Part shown: piece by piece, positions 1 to 12,967 of the stretch
Layout of the letters: each line of letters begins with the position of its first letter
Numbering within the stretch: position 1 is the first letter of the stretch
From: Malacoraja senta
Taxonomy: Eukaryota
NCBI GenBank assembly: GCA_038087875.1
Contig: CM075990.1
Span: forward strand, 4,900,001-4,964,000
Length of the DNA: 64,000 nt
Reading direction: 5' to 3'
Notes under the pieces: generated by a model
Database searches by the model: none
Seen by the model: the letters and a program-made list of their open reading frames with translations, nothing else
What the model was told of the DNA's origin: nothing
Made by a program: the position numbers and the translations under genes

Positions 1-59
1 CGCTCCATAGGTGCTGCCTCACCCGCTGAGTTTCTCCAGCACTTTTGTCTGTTTTCACT

Positions 60-298
60 TTGGAGCTCCACCCGGGGTCTCCACTTCAGAGCTCCCCCCA
101 CGGTCTCTGACTTGGAGCTCCCCCCACGATCTCAACCTCTGAGCTCCTCCCACGGTCGTGCCTTGGAGCTCCACGTGGTCTCCGCTTCGAATAGTATATT
201 TACAGGTGTGCAGTAGCCCTTCAGTTTCCGACTTAGTAAAATCCAACTTAGGCAAGGGTCAGCGGGATGTAACCCTTACGTAAATCAGGGAATGTCTG
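60..298. mobile_element. Possible pogo/Tigger-like MITE right end with internal degenerate GAGCTCC repeats
   Basis: Ends CTTACGTAAATCAGGGAATGTCTG|TA, resembling a Tigger-type TIR plus TA; the left end is not seen. Confidence 0.4.
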
Positions 299-1092
299 TA
301 TTGTTAACTCTGATTTTCACGTCACTGTTTTTCCTTATCTATTTCATTATTTTGCTCTGAGATGCTGCTTTAAACTGAAAACAGACACAAAATACTGGAG
401 TAACAGTGGAAGAGGCAGCATCTCTGGAGTCTGAAGAAGGGTCTCAACCCAAAATGTCACCCATTCCATCTCTCCAGAGATGCTGCCTGACCCGCTGAGT
501 TACTCCAGCATTTTATTTAGCTTAGTTTAGTTTAGTGTATTTATTGTCACGTGTACCGAGGTACAGTGAAAAGTACATAATTACTGTGTCATTTTCCTTG
601 CAGTCTGTATATAGGTCCATCGCGAGATCTCAGCTTCTATACTGCATGCCTTGCGATAAAGTCTAGAGTTTCATGAGGTTTCCTCACATCTTGCCTTAAT
701 ATTCTGAGAAGCAATAACTCAAATCCCACGGCCTTTCCCCATCACCAGGACTCCTTCCGTCCACGTCGTTATTTTGCCCATCACCTCCGACTCGCTGACA
801 TGAAGTAATGTTGAGATCACGGGACAACCAGCTGGCAAGCTGCTTCTGGGAGGTTTGGTTTTACGCAGCAGCATGAGTTGGAAGCAGCTGGATTTTTGTT
901 AGAGAGTGCGCGAGCGTTTTGAAATTCCCTTTCTGTAAGTGGAGATAGGGCTTCATCTCTACACACTACTGTACCCTAGCCTGGTACAGGATTGAGAAAA
1001 ATACATCGCCTGTGACAGGCTCCACTGCAACAACCAAGAAACCACACCAATGCCTCGACTTCCTTCGAAGGATGAGGAAGTTCGGCATGTCC

Positions 1093-1397
1093 CAATAGAC
1101 AATAGACAATAGGTGCAGGAGTAGGCCATTCGGCCCTTCGAGCCAGCACCACCATCCAATATGATTATGGCTGATTATCCACAATCAGTACCCCGTTCCT
1201 GCCTTCTCCCCATATCCACTGACTCCACTATCTTTAAGAGCCCTATCTAGCTCTCTCTTGAAAGTTTCCAGATAACCGGCCTCCACTGCCCTCTGAGGCA
1301 AAGATTTCCACAGACTCGCAACTCTCTGTGTGAAAAAGTGTTTCCTCATCTCCGTTCTAAATGGCTTACCCCTTACTCTTAAACTGTGGCCCCTGGT
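1093..1397 (-). mobile_element. CR1 3' fragment inserted in a Rex1/Babar-like LINE remnant (about 1040-1560)
   Basis: CR1 3' UTR with an (ATTGTCT)n tail on -. The flanks join into a Rex1-like RT C-terminal sequence (TNFYRYTVESILSGCITAWFG). Confidence 0.8.
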
Positions 1398-1574
1398 CCC
1401 CTACAACTCCCACCAACTTCTACAGATACACCGTAGAAAGCATTTTATCGGGATGCATCACAGCTTGGTTTGGGAACAGCTCCATCCAAGACTGCAAGGA
1501 TTTGCAGTGAATTGTTGATACAGCCCAGACCATCACACAAACCAACCTCCCTTCTATTGAGGAAAGAACTACAT

Positions 1575-2665
1575 AGGTAGGGAGGGATTGGACCAATAGG
1601 GTATGTTGAACAATCCCTGTTCCAGGCGTACACTGGCCCTCTCCCCGAACTCTACCTCCGCTACATTGATGACTGCATCGGTGCTGCCTCCTGCACCCAT
1701 GCAGAACTCACTGACTTCATCAACTTCACCACTAATTTCCATCCTGCACTCAAATTCACTTGGACCATCTTCGACATCTCCCTACCGTTTCTGAATCTCA
1801 CCGTCTCCATCACAGGAGGCAGACTATTGACCGACATCTACTACAAACCTACTGACTCCCATAGCTATCTAGACTACACTACTTCCCACCCTGTTTCCTG
1901 TAAAGTCCTCTATTCCCAATTCCTCCATCTACACCGCATCTGCGCCCAGGATGAGGTTTTCCATACTAGATCATCGGAGATGTCCTCATTCTTTAGGAAA
2001 TGGGGGTTCCCCCCTCTCATTATAGATGAGGCTCTCACTAGGGTCTCCTCGATAACCCGCAGCTCTGCTCTTGCTCCCCCTCCCCCCATTCGCAACAAGG
2101 ACAGAGTCCTTGCCGTCGCATACAGCATATAATCCTCCAACACTTTGGCCACCTCCAACGGGATCCCACTACTAGCCACATCTTCCCATCTCCACCCCTT
2201 TCTACTTTCCACAGAGACCGTTCCCTTCGCAACTCCCTGGTCAACTCATCCCTTCCCACCCAAACCACCCCCTCCCCAGGTACAGTCCCCTGCAACCGCA
2301 GGAGATGCAACACCTGTCCCTTTACCTCCCCCCTTGACTCCATCCAAGGACCCCAGTAGTCTTTTCAGGTGAGGCAGAGGTTCACTTGCACCTCCTCTAA
2401 CCTCATCTACTGTATCCGCTGTTCCAGGTGTCAACTCCTATACATCGGCGAGACCAAGCGCAGGCTCGGCGATTATTTCGTTGAATACCTTCGCTCAGCC
2501 CACCTTAACCTACCTGATCTCCCGGTTGCTCAACAGTTTAACTCCCCCTCCCATTCCCACACTGACCTTTCTGTCCTGGGCCTCCTCCTATGTCAGAGTG
2601 AGGCCCAGCGCAAATTGCAGGAATAGCACCTCATATTTCGCTTGGGTAGCTTACACCCCAGTCTC
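1575..2665 (+). mobile_element. Penelope-like retroelement fragment (RT C-terminus + GIY-YIG endonuclease)
   Basis: LRYIDD RT motif, TDIYYKPTDSHSYLDY, and CTSSNLIYCIRCSRCQLLYIGETKRRL (GIY-YIG); frameshifted. Confidence 0.92.
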
Positions 2666-3166
2666 TATGTAAATATAGTTAAATGTTTAAAAGAAAACAT
2701 ATATAAAAAAACCAAAAAGAAAAAAGAGAAAAAAGGAAAAAACAAAACCCCCCTAAACTAGACAAAAAAGAAGCAAAACAGAATCTGGGCTGCAAAGAAT
2801 TTCAACAATTTAAGTCCCTTTTTTTGTAAACCAGAATCTGCAGTTCCTTGCTTCTACTGTGAATCTTCCTTCTTTATTAGAAGCTTGTCTCTGACCATTA
2901 AGATGCTGCGCTCACTAAGCACAGTATTATTGCAAGAGGGGACTATGCCAGCTTCAATATCAGTGTAGCACTCTTCCCCATTTGCCAACTCGCATGTCTG
3001 CACTCCCAGGGCAATAGGTGGCTGGCTTATCTTCAACACATGGGGCCCATTATCCTCAGTAAGGGACTCTTTCCTCTTCACTGTCTTCACCATAGGAGAA
3101 GTGCTGATACAGTTGGGGCATTGGATCCTTTCGATGGATGCTGTATTCCCCCCGAGCACGGTCCTG

Positions 3167-3477
3167 CACAGTGGTGCTGCAGTAGAATTACTGCCTTTGG
3201 AGTTACAGCGCCAGAAACCCTAGTTCGATCCTGACTACGGGTGCCGTCTGTACGAAGTTTGTACGTTCTCCCTGCGACCGTGTGGGTTTTCTCTGGGTGC
3301 TCTGGTTTCCTCCCACACTCCAAAGACGTACAAGTTTGCAGATTAATTGGCATCGGCAAAAACTGTAAATTGTTCCTAGTGTGTAGGGTAGTGCTGGTGT
3401 ACAGGGATCGCTGGTCGGTACGGACTCGGTGGGCCGAAGGGCCTGTTTCTGTGCTGTATCTCTAAACTAAACTAAAC
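3167..3477 (+). mobile_element. tRNA-derived V-SINE (HE1-like), representative copy
   Basis: A/B-box-like head, V-domain GGGTGCTCCGGTTTCCTCCCACA-like core, and a CR1-like tail with (CTAAA)n. Other copies at about 4090-4375+, 6348-6550+, 6900-7165-, 8733-8912+, 10926-11220-, 11514-11812+, 12122-12415+, 18367-18665+, 31980-32297-, 55869-56180+ and 56818-57030+. Confidence 0.88.
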
Positions 3478-3547
3478 GGTGTCAATTTTGCCCCTGCTGC
3501 GTCATCTTGTGGACTAGGTGTTTCGACTGGACTCTTTTCTCTTGCAG

Positions 3548-3715
3548 GGTGGTGATTGCCGTCTGCAGTGGGAACGTAGATGTGCCGTTGATTAGGGAGT
3601 GCCTGGACCGAGCCCTGGTGCTGGACAACAGGATGTGCAAGTTCTCCATCCAGATGTGTGACAGCACCGGGGACCTGGCGAAACTGCTGGAGGTACTCAC
3701 CCGCGAGGAAGTGAG
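3548..3715 (+). CDS. Internal exon of a threonine dehydratase/ammonia-lyase (TdcB-like, ACT-domain) gene
   Basis: Acceptor ttttctcttgcag|G. Encodes VVIAVCSGNVDVPLIRECLDRALVLDNRMCKFSIQMCDSTGDLAKLLEVLTREEV(R), which resembles the end of the PLP fold-type II domain (SGGN-like motif) and the start of an ACT domain. Donor AG|gcgagt keeps phase with the next exon. Confidence 0.82.
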
Positions 3716-4982
3716 GCGAGTCGACAGAGAGCGCCGGACAATTTCATAACTGCACTCATCCCAGGATTGTATTGAAATCATAGAACATTGTTACAGCTCT
3801 GGTTATTTGGCCCATCACACCCACGCTGGCTCCCGGATCAACAATCTACTCAGTCCCATTCCCCTGCTTTCTCTGCCACCCCAAAATTATTTCTCCTTCA
3901 TTTCTCATAACATTTCCTTTGTAAAGATCTGAATGACACAGTTTTCACTGTCTGGAGGAAAGTCCCAGATCATCACCATTACATGTAAAGAAAGACGTTT
4001 TTCTAAGCATCCCTCATTCGACATGTCAACATAGGTGTGTGAGAGGGTGTTGGTATAGGTGCTAATGTGCGCTCGTGTTGGGTGTCACAATATCACAGCG
4101 GTAGAGTTGCTGCCTCACAGCGCCTGAGACCGGGTTCGATCCTAACCATTGGCGCGGTCTGTAAGGAGTTTGTACGTTCTCCTTGTGATCACGTGTGTTT
4201 CCTACGGGTGCTCCGGTTTCCTCCCACATTCCAAAGGCGTGCAGGTTTGTAGGTTAATTGGCTTCTGTAAATTCTTCCTAGTGTAAAGGATAGAACTAGT
4301 GTACAGGTGATCGCTGGTCAGCATGGACTCAGTGGGCCGATGGGCCAGTACCCAGGCTGTATCTCTAAACTAAACATATATTGGTTTGAGAATGTAATTT
4401 GTCATCTGTAAAATGATGCCTATTTTCCCATTGCCACGTCTGGGGCTATTTTAGGGAGGAATTCTAGTTCCCTGGTGTAGTGTTACGACTGGATCAATCT
4501 TCTCTTAGGGTGACCATGAATGGTGAAAGGTCAATTTGTTAATTTGTTGAGCCACCAGGGATCATTTCATGAATTGATACATTTCAGACATTGGTGCATT
4601 GACAGAGGGAAGAATACATTCTATGGATTTGATTAGTGAATCCTGACATACTTGGGCAAGTTATGAACCTGTCTATGGTGCTTGGACCAAATGTGTCCTT
4701 ATCCAAGGTAGACCATGATCTGATTCATGCCAGCAATCGCTACAAACACCACAGCAACTGAACCATCCTATCACCAACTAGAGAGAGGTCCTGATCTACC
4801 TCATTGGAGATCCTCGGACTTTAATTGGACTTTTCTGGACTCTATCTTGCAGTGAAGGTTATTTATTCCCTTATGTGTACATTGTGGACAGCTTGGTTGT
4901 AATCATGTATAGTCTTTCCGGTGACTGGATAGCAATCAACAAAAAGGCTTTTTACTGTACTTTTGTACATGTAACTTCGGTA

Positions 4983-5487
4983 CAGGTTCACCAGACTGAT
5001 TCCTGGGATGGCAGGACTTTCATATGAAGAAAGACTGGATAGACTCGGCTTGTACTCGCTAGAATTTAGAAGATTGAGGGGGGATTTTATAGAAACCTAC
5101 AAAATTCTTAAGGGGTTGGAGAGGCTAGATGCAGGAAGATTGTTCCCGATGTTGGGGAAGTCCAGAACAAGGGGTCACAGTTTAAGGATAAGGGGGAAGT
5201 CTTTTGGGACCGAGATGAGAGAAAAAGATTTCACACAGAGAGTGGTGAATCTGTGGAATTCTCTGCCACAGAAAGTAGTTGAGAGGCCAGTTCATTGGCT
5301 ATATTTAAGAGAGAGTTAGATGTGGCCCTTGTGGCTAAAGGGATCAGGGGGTATGGAGAGCAGGCAGGTACAGGATACTGAGTTGGATGATCAGCCATGA
5401 TCATATTGAATGGCGGTGAAGGCTCGAAGGGCCGAATGGCCTACTCCTGCACCCATTTTCTATGTTTCTATGTTTCTATGTTTCTAT
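4983..5487 (+). mobile_element. CR1 3' fragment
   Basis: ORF2 C-terminal peptide and (TTTCTATG)n tail. Confidence 0.92.
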
Positions 5488-5804
5488 GGGACAATAAACA
5501 AAACAAAACTAGAATAATTTACTAAACAAAATGGCAGTTTATTTTAGTCCTTCAATCAGTTGTCCTATGTTCAGAACACTAAGTGATCCCTTGTCTTAAC
5601 ATGAACCACCCCAATCAAATTCATCTTCCTGCATACTCCCTATAACACTTTTATCAAGGTGTGAGTATATTGCGACTCGTTGTACTTGCCTCTGCATGTA
5701 CTATTCACCAAGAGGAACCAAATGAGAAGAGGTGAGCAGAGACACTGGCCAACAGTACACATGTGAAATATTATATATATAATATGCAATAGATGCTTAG
5801 TGCT

Positions 5805-6012
5805 AGACACAATATGCTGGAGTAACTCATAACTGGGTGGTGGGTGGTGCAGTGGCGATACTGCCCACTCCCCTGACATCAGTCTGAAGAAGGGTCTCAA
5901 CCCGAAACGTCACCCACTCCTTCTTTCCAGAGACGCTGCCTGTCCCGCTGAGTTACTCCAGCATTTTGTGCCTATCTTCGATTTAAGCAGCATCTGCAGT
6001 TCTTTCCTACAC
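5805..6012. mobile_element. Short Penelope-derived element (GCTGGAGTAACTCAGCGGG subfamily) with a 12-bp TSD
   Basis: ATGCTTAGTGCT on both flanks; contains CTGAAGAAGGGTCTCAACCCGAAACGTC. Many related copies occur in the window (e.g. about 380-515, 16658-16742, 17570-17690, 38930-39315, 43572-44005, 45890-46660). Confidence 0.72.
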
Positions 6013-6121
6013 ATGCTTAGTGCTGATCTCTGAAGAGGAATTTTCTCTCGCCTGTCCTGAATCTTTTACCTGCCAGTTATTCTTTCCGCTTGCATCTCTA
6101 ACTCTTTCTTTCTGGCCTTAG

Positions 6122-6179
6122 GGTGTTGGATGTATTTCAGGAGCGGTCTTTTGTTACCTCGGGTATTTTCAGCATTAAG
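6122..6179 (+). CDS. Penultimate exon of the threonine dehydratase-like gene
   Basis: Polypyrimidine tract plus ttag|G, donor AAG|gtaaga. Encodes (R)VLDVFQERSFVTSGIFSIK, matching the middle of the ACT domain (I.D+.H/QER motif). Confidence 0.82.
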
Positions 6180-7889
6180 GTAAGAAAAGATGGAAAATCA
6201 CATTCGTTCGGTATGTTGAAGTCAAAGGCTTTTCATTAATGGTTATCAGCTGGCAAATGCAATGTCTTTTGGCACTTAGATTTAAATTCATCGCAGATGG
6301 AAAAGAATGAATGGTATCCCACACTGGAAACTAGGAATCATACAAATTGGCGCAGCGGTAGAGTTGCTGCCTTACAGCACCAGAGACCCGGGTTCGATCC
6401 TTACTACAGGCGCTGTCTTTGCGGAGTTTGCACATTCTCCCTGTGACCAGGTGGGTTTTCTCCGGGTGCTCCAGTTTCCTCCCACACTCCAAAGACGTGC
6501 AGGTTTGTAGGTTAATTGGCTTCGTAAAATGATAAATTGTACTAAACCAAACCAATCATCCATTCACCCTATGGATCCAACAAATTCAAAACTGGTGACG
6601 TTTTATTCAGGTAAAAACTCAGCCAGGTACTTGCAGCGTGAACTGGAACCAACTCTTTTGCGTGATTCAGGGACAGCAGTGGTCACCAGAAGTGATGGAT
6701 CCATTTATTTGACACAGCACATTCCCAACCAATGCTGCTACTGAGTATTAGATGATGATATCAAGGGATGAGTTGCAAGGTGAATTAGAACCACTGATCA
6801 GCCCTGATCTAACTGAATGGCAGAGCAAGCTTGAAGGGCTGAATGGCCTATTTCCACCTTAAACAAGGACAATTTGGAATCAGTCAACATTCAATTATTT
6901 ATTTTAGTTTAGAGATGTAGCGTTGGAACAGGCCCTTCAGCCCACGCCAACCAATAATAACCCCTACACTCATTCTATCCTGCACAGAATCCAATTAACC
7001 TACAAACCTGTACGTCTTTGGAATGTGGGAGGAAACCGGAGCACCCGGTGAAACACTCACACAGTCACAGGGAGAACGTACAAACTCCCTACAGACAGCA
7101 TCCGTGGTCAGGATCGAACCCGGGTCTCTGGTGCTGTTAGGCAATACCACTGCACCACTGTGCCGACATGTCAGCCATTGACTGTGGATGTTATTTCTAT
7201 AAAAGTCATCAATGAGCGCGTTCAATCAGCTGATTCTTTGGAGCATTGCAAGTTGGGAGGAAGGAATAGTTGACATTTCGGGTCGAGACCTTGCATCAAG
7301 ACACTATTAACAATTTGCCCCCCCCCCCCACGCCACCCCACCCACAGACGCTGAATCCCTGAATCCCTCTGAATCCCGACAGCAGCTTTTCGTGCAGCAA
7401 TATTCAACAGAAATTTGCACAAAATCAAGGCGTTAGGCCTTTTCAGCATTAAAGCATGGAAAGCTGGCACTGTTCCACACTCTATTCTATATCAGCCATC
7501 CAGAACAAGCTATTCCACTCATCACCTGCACTCCCACAGTCTCCATATGGGCTGTCCCTTGAACACATCCTCAGCACCTGCCCCGTCCCACACACAATTA
7601 CACCCCAAATGGGACCTCTAACCCAGGGTGAGTCATGTCCCTGTCTTGGTGGTTCTGCTACATCTGAAGTGGCCTGAGGTTTAAGCCAAGGCAAACATTC
7701 CCATCTCTCCCGCGAGGTTACGTCACACATCAAGAGCAGCCCTTTCTGCGCAGCCAAATAAAATAATCAAAAAAGCCAGCAGTCAAAAACTAATTCATCA
7801 TTAAACTGAAAAATCCGAACAAAGGCAAAACGTGCCTATTTGGATTCAGCCGACACTGGAAAAGAATAAAATACCACTCAGAATTATGT

Positions 7890-8008
7890 TTAAGAAGGAA
7901 CTGCAGATGCTGGAATATCTAAGGTAGACAAAAATGCTGGAGGAACTCAGCGGGTGAGTTTCTCAGCTGTGAGTTTCACCCGCTGAGTTTCTCCAGCATT
8001 TTTGTCTA
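7890..8008. mobile_element. Short Penelope-derived fold-back element with a 14-bp target duplication
   Basis: Same 5' end (TTAAGAAGGAACTGCAGATGCTGGA) with shorter arms; ACTCAGAATTATGT at 7876-7889 and 8009-8022. Confidence 0.78.
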
Positions 8009-8916
8009 ACTCAGAATTATGTAGCACTTTGGTTGTTTAAGGTCTCTCCAGAATAAGGGCAACATATTTCCCCCCCTATGCAGTGGGAACATTGAAGTGA
8101 CTGGAAGGCACTTGAAGAGCAATTATATCTATGCATCAGTAAATCTGCTTTCTAACTTCAGTCATCAGGGGTACAGGAGATTTAAGCACAGAGTTTGAAT
8201 GCGACCAGCACTCCCCTCATCTCCTTCAAGCCCCCTTCTCCCTGATACATGCTGGTGGCAAGAGGCAGAGCGGGAACAAATAACAGCAAGAAGCCATTAA
8301 AGCACTGTTCATTCATTCACACTGTACCCTCTGTTGTCAAGCTGGAACGGGTAGAGTGTGGATTTACGAGGATGTTGCCAGGATAGAGGGTCTGAGCTAT
8401 AGGGAGAGGTTGAGTAGGTTGGGATTCTATTCCTTGGAGCGCAAGAGGATGAGGGGTGATCTTATAGAGGTGTATAAAAGCATGAGAGGAATAGATCGGG
8501 TAGAAGCACAGTCTCTTGTCCAGAGTAGGGGAATCGAGGACCAGAGGACATAGGGATTTTAACACAAAATCTACCAGCAGAATAGATCAGTGGTGCAGCT
8601 GGTAGAGCCACTGCCTCCTTGCACCAGTGACCCAGGTTCAATCCTGACCTGGGCTGCTGCCTGTTAGCCTGTTCTCCCTCCGACTGCGTGGGCTTCCTAT
8701 GGAAGCTCCAGGTTTATTCCTCCAGGGCTGCCTGGTGGCGCAGCGGTAGAGTTGCTGCCTTACAGCACCAGAGACCCGGGTTCGATCCTGACTATGGGTG
8801 CTGTCTGTACGGAGTTTGTACTACTCCCTGTGGCCACGTGGGTTTTCTCCGGGTGCTCCGGTTTCCTCCCACACTCTAAAGACATACAGGTTTGTAGGTT
8901 AATTGGCTTCTGTGAA

Positions 8917-9836
8917 GTGCAAAGCTGGGTGGCAGTGTGAACTGTGAAGAGGATGCTATGAGGATGCAGGGTGACTTGGACAGGTTGGGTGAGTGGGCAG
9001 ATGCATGGCAATATAATGTAGATATATTATTCACAGTATTATGTGGATATATGTGAGGTTATCCACTTTGGTGGCAAGAATGGGAAGGCAGATTATTATC
9101 TGAATGGTGTCAGGTTAGGATAAGGGGAAGTACAACGAGACCAGGGTGTCCTTGTACATCAGTCACTGAAAGTAAACATGCAGGTACAGCAGGCAATGAA
9201 GAAAACTAATGGCATGTTGGCCTTCATAACGAAAGGAGTTGAGTATAGGAGCAAAGAGGTCCTTCTGCAGTTGCACAGGGTGAGGCCACACTTGGAGTAT
9301 TGTGTGCAGTTTTGGTCTCCTAATTTGAGGAAGGACATTCTTGCTTTTGAGAGAGTGCAGCGTAGGTTCACGAGATTAATTCCCGGGAAGGCAGGACTGT
9401 CATGTGATGAAAGAATGGAGCGACTGGGCTTGTATTCACTGGAATTTAGAACGATGAGAGGGGATTTTATAGAAACATATAAAATTATTAAGGGATTGGA
9501 CACGCTAGATGCAGGAAACATTTTCCCGATGTTGAGGGAGTCCAGAACTAGGGGCCACAGTTTAAGAATAAGGGGGAGGCCATTTCTGAGATGAGGAAAA
9601 ACATGTTCACACTGGAGAGTTGTAAATTTGTGCCACTGAAGGCAGTGGAGGCTGATTCATTGGATGCATTGAAAAGAAAGTTAGATAGAGCTCTTTGGGC
9701 TAGCGGAATCAAGGGATATGCGGAGATGGCAGGAACGGGATACTGATTGTGGATGATCAGCCATGATCACATTGAATGGCAGTGCTGGCTCGAAGGGCCG
9801 AATGGCCTACTCCTGCACCTATTGTCTATGTTTGTA
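8917..9836 (+). mobile_element. CR1 3' fragment
   Basis: CR1 ORF2 C-terminal peptide (RPHLEYCVQFWSP) and a 3' UTR ending GGCCGAATGGCCTACTCCTGCACC. Confidence 0.92.
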
Positions 9837-10519
9837 TGAAAGTGTCATTGCATGCTGACACCCACGGGAGTGGAATTAGTACGTGTCGATGTCTTTGGAG
9901 GGAGGATGGCTTCCGTGTTAGTTCTTCGGCTTAAGAATTACCAAGGCTTAGAATTACCAACACACAGCACATGATGTAAGTAGAGGCTCTACTTGGCAGG
10001 GTAGGCTGTTGTTCATAAGCAGAGCGAATGGCTTATCTCCATCTTCTGCCCTATTGGCCACACGTCACTTCCAGCCTGAGGAGTTCACTGTGCCACTGAC
10101 AGGGCCAATCATAAAGTAACACATGAACAAGCTGGAGTGTTGCGGCTTGTATTTCCCATCAGTCTGACAAGTATTTGGCTGCCTCTCGATCACCCCTTGA
10201 AACACATCATTGGTGTGTCCTCACATCATGATTAGTTACAGATAGTTATTTCCATCTGGTAATAGAATGATCAACAACTTCATTGCCAGTTTTATGCATG
10301 CACTTACCCGCTATTTCATCATAAAAACTAAAATTACCTCTCTTCATCCCCACTATTTTCAGTTTTCTCGACGTTCTTTTGAGATGATATCATCTCACTA
10401 ATTTGTTACTCAGAACCGCAGCATTTTCAACTTACATCATTATTACTCAAGAGTTTGAGAACTTGTACAAAGTCCTTTGGTGATGTAACTTGTCAGTTCG
10501 TGCAACTCCCTCTGTGTAA

Positions 10520-10728
10520 AGGGCCTGTCCCACTTGGGGGTCATTTGCGCGTCACGCAGGTGGCACGCGAAGATTTTGTGAATCCCAAAATCCTGGGCAG
10601 CCGCGCGCGACCGCTCGTCACTGCCTACGTCACCACGCACCTTGCGCGTGTAATGCACGCCATGCGAGCGTCGTGCATCGTGACGTGTAAATGATGTCGT
10701 GTAAATGACGCGCAAATGACGCCCAAGT
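10520..10728. mobile_element. Truncated Harbinger-type MITE
   Basis: Left TIR AGGGCCTGTCCCACTTGGG; the right end stops at CCCAAGT. CpG-rich palindromic interior. Confidence 0.7.
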
Positions 10729-11513
10729 TCAGTAACAATCCACTCATGTAACGTCCACTATTAGTGGGATATGTCTAACATGTGCAACATGTGAAGCCTA
10801 CAGTCTACAGGTAAGACTGTATCGGCTCTCCAGTGTAACTTCCCGTGGCGGACTGTGCAGCGACACTTCACATGAATAACTCCCTGATTTTAGTAGTCTG
10901 TAACAGATTCCATGTGCACCATATTTATTTTAGTTTAGAGCTACAGCATGGACACAGGCCCTTCGGCCCATCGAGCCTGCTCCAATTTTATGGCAATCAC
11001 CCATATATGAGTTTTACCTTACACACTAAGGACAATTTACAGAAGCCAATTAGCTTACAAACCTCCACATCTTTGGGACGTGAGAGGAAACAGGAGCACC
11101 CGGTGAAAACCCACGTGCTCACTGGGACTCAGTACAGACAGCATCATTAGTCAGGATGGAACCCAGGTCTCTGGCACTGTAAGGTAACGACTCTACTGCT
11201 GCACCACCACCATGCTGCCCTGTGCCTCCATGTACTGTAAATGGAGTGAATTCTATGACATCTCTATTACAATGTCATGGCCATTGTCATGGCTTAAACT
11301 CTAATGTGCCCTCGTTTCACAACAGCTTTCTCTGACCTAATATCTACATCCATCATACGTACAGTGTTAAGTTACGTAAGACATTTAAAGTAGAACAGTA
11401 TTGTAGCTGGGTCATTTCTGGGAAACTAGCTCTCTGCAATACTGCCTGTAACATGGGCTAAGAGTTCAGGGAGTTTTATAGTCATAGGTTCCGAAATGGA
11501 ACAATAACAGCAT

Positions 11514-11812
11514 GGGGGCGCAGCGGTAGAGTTGCTGCCTCACAGCGCCAGAGACCTGAGTTCGATCCTGACTATGGGTGCTGTCTATTCAGAGTTTGCA
11601 TGTTCTCCCTGTGACTGCATGGGTTTTCTCTGGATGCTCCAGTTTCCTCCCACATCCTAAAGACGTGCGGGTTTGTAGGTTAATTGGCTTCTGTGAATAG
11701 TTCCTAGTGTGTAGGATAGAACTAGTGTACAGGTGATCGTTGGTTGGCGCGGACCTGGTGGGCCGAAGGGACTTGTTGCCGTGCTGTCGCACTAAACTAA
11801 ATTAAACTAAAC
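11514..11812 (+). mobile_element. V-SINE full-length copy
   Basis: GGCGCAGCGGTAGAG head, GTTCGATCC B-box, V-domain and (CTAAA)n tail. Confidence 0.88.
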
Positions 11813-12967
11813 AATGGAATACTATTATTTATAGTTTTACTATTCCTCTTCATCTCAATACTTCCCTTGAATAATATCTGAGTGGGTTTCAAAACACAGC
11901 TTGTGAATTTATAGCCCAGGGCTTCCCAGTTATTGCTATGGCTGAATTTCAGATGCTGAGCCTGTGTGAGTTTGGAGATCTCCAGCGTTGTGTGGCAGTC
12001 TGATAGACATTAGGTTGCAGTAGATCTGGAGTGAGATGGGCAAATCCTAAAGGATTCCCACTCAACACAGCGTCCCCACTCCTGGAGGAGATCACGAGTT
12101 TGCATGTCAGCATGTGTGCGGCATGGTGGCGCAATGGTAGAGTTGCTGCCTTACATCACCAGAGACCTGGGTTTGATCCTGACTGTGGGAGCTTGTCTGT
12201 ACGAGTTTATACCTTCTCCCAGGGACCGCGTGGGTTTTCACCGGGAGCTCCGGTTTCCCCCCCACACTCCAAAGACGTACAGGTTTGTAGGTTAATTGGC
12301 TTGGTAAAATTGTAAATTGTCCCTAGGATAGTGTTAGTGTATGGGGATCACAGGTCGCCGCGGACTCGGTGAGCCGAAGGGCCTGTTTCTGTGCTGCATC
12401 GCTGAACTAAAATAAACATAATGAACTCACTGAGGAATATAGACACCATCTTTTGCCATTTTGCCAATTAAATAGTGAGTTATCTAATCTGTGTCTCAAT
12501 ATCAAGTACCATCAATTCCTCCAGATTCCTTCTCACTGATGTCCCTCCGCTGAAATTACAATGGGTTCTCCACATAGTGCTGCATCGTGAGTTTCATAAT
12601 CAAATGCCCAACACATTGAACATCCCTCGGTCTCTAAAATGATCGTCCCTCCTCACACTGTGTGCAGATCATCTGCCTGTCAATATCAACGTTAGCCGGG
12701 AAGAGAGAATATATTTTAATTTAGTTTAGTTTATTGTCACGTGCACTGAGCTATAGGGAAAAGCTTTTTAGTTGCGTGCTATCTAGCCAGCGGAAAGTCT
12801 ATATATGATTACAATCACACTGTCCACACGGTGCAGATTATGAAATGCTGCCGTTGGAGCATAGATATAAAGGAGTAGAACGATTGTAATGAATGATTGC
12901 AGATTCGCTTCGAGATTTTGTTCAGAGATGCAGCGTGGAAACAGGCCCTTCATCCCGCTGAGTCTAT

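Noticed and set aside
3507..3749. 80-aa ORF as a stand-alone gene
   Set aside because: It starts at a non-ATG codon in intron sequence and is better explained as an internal exon with splice signals.
11514..11590. tRNA-like sequences with A/B boxes (many copies)
   Set aside because: They continue into V-domain and LINE-like tails, so they are SINE heads and not tRNA genes.
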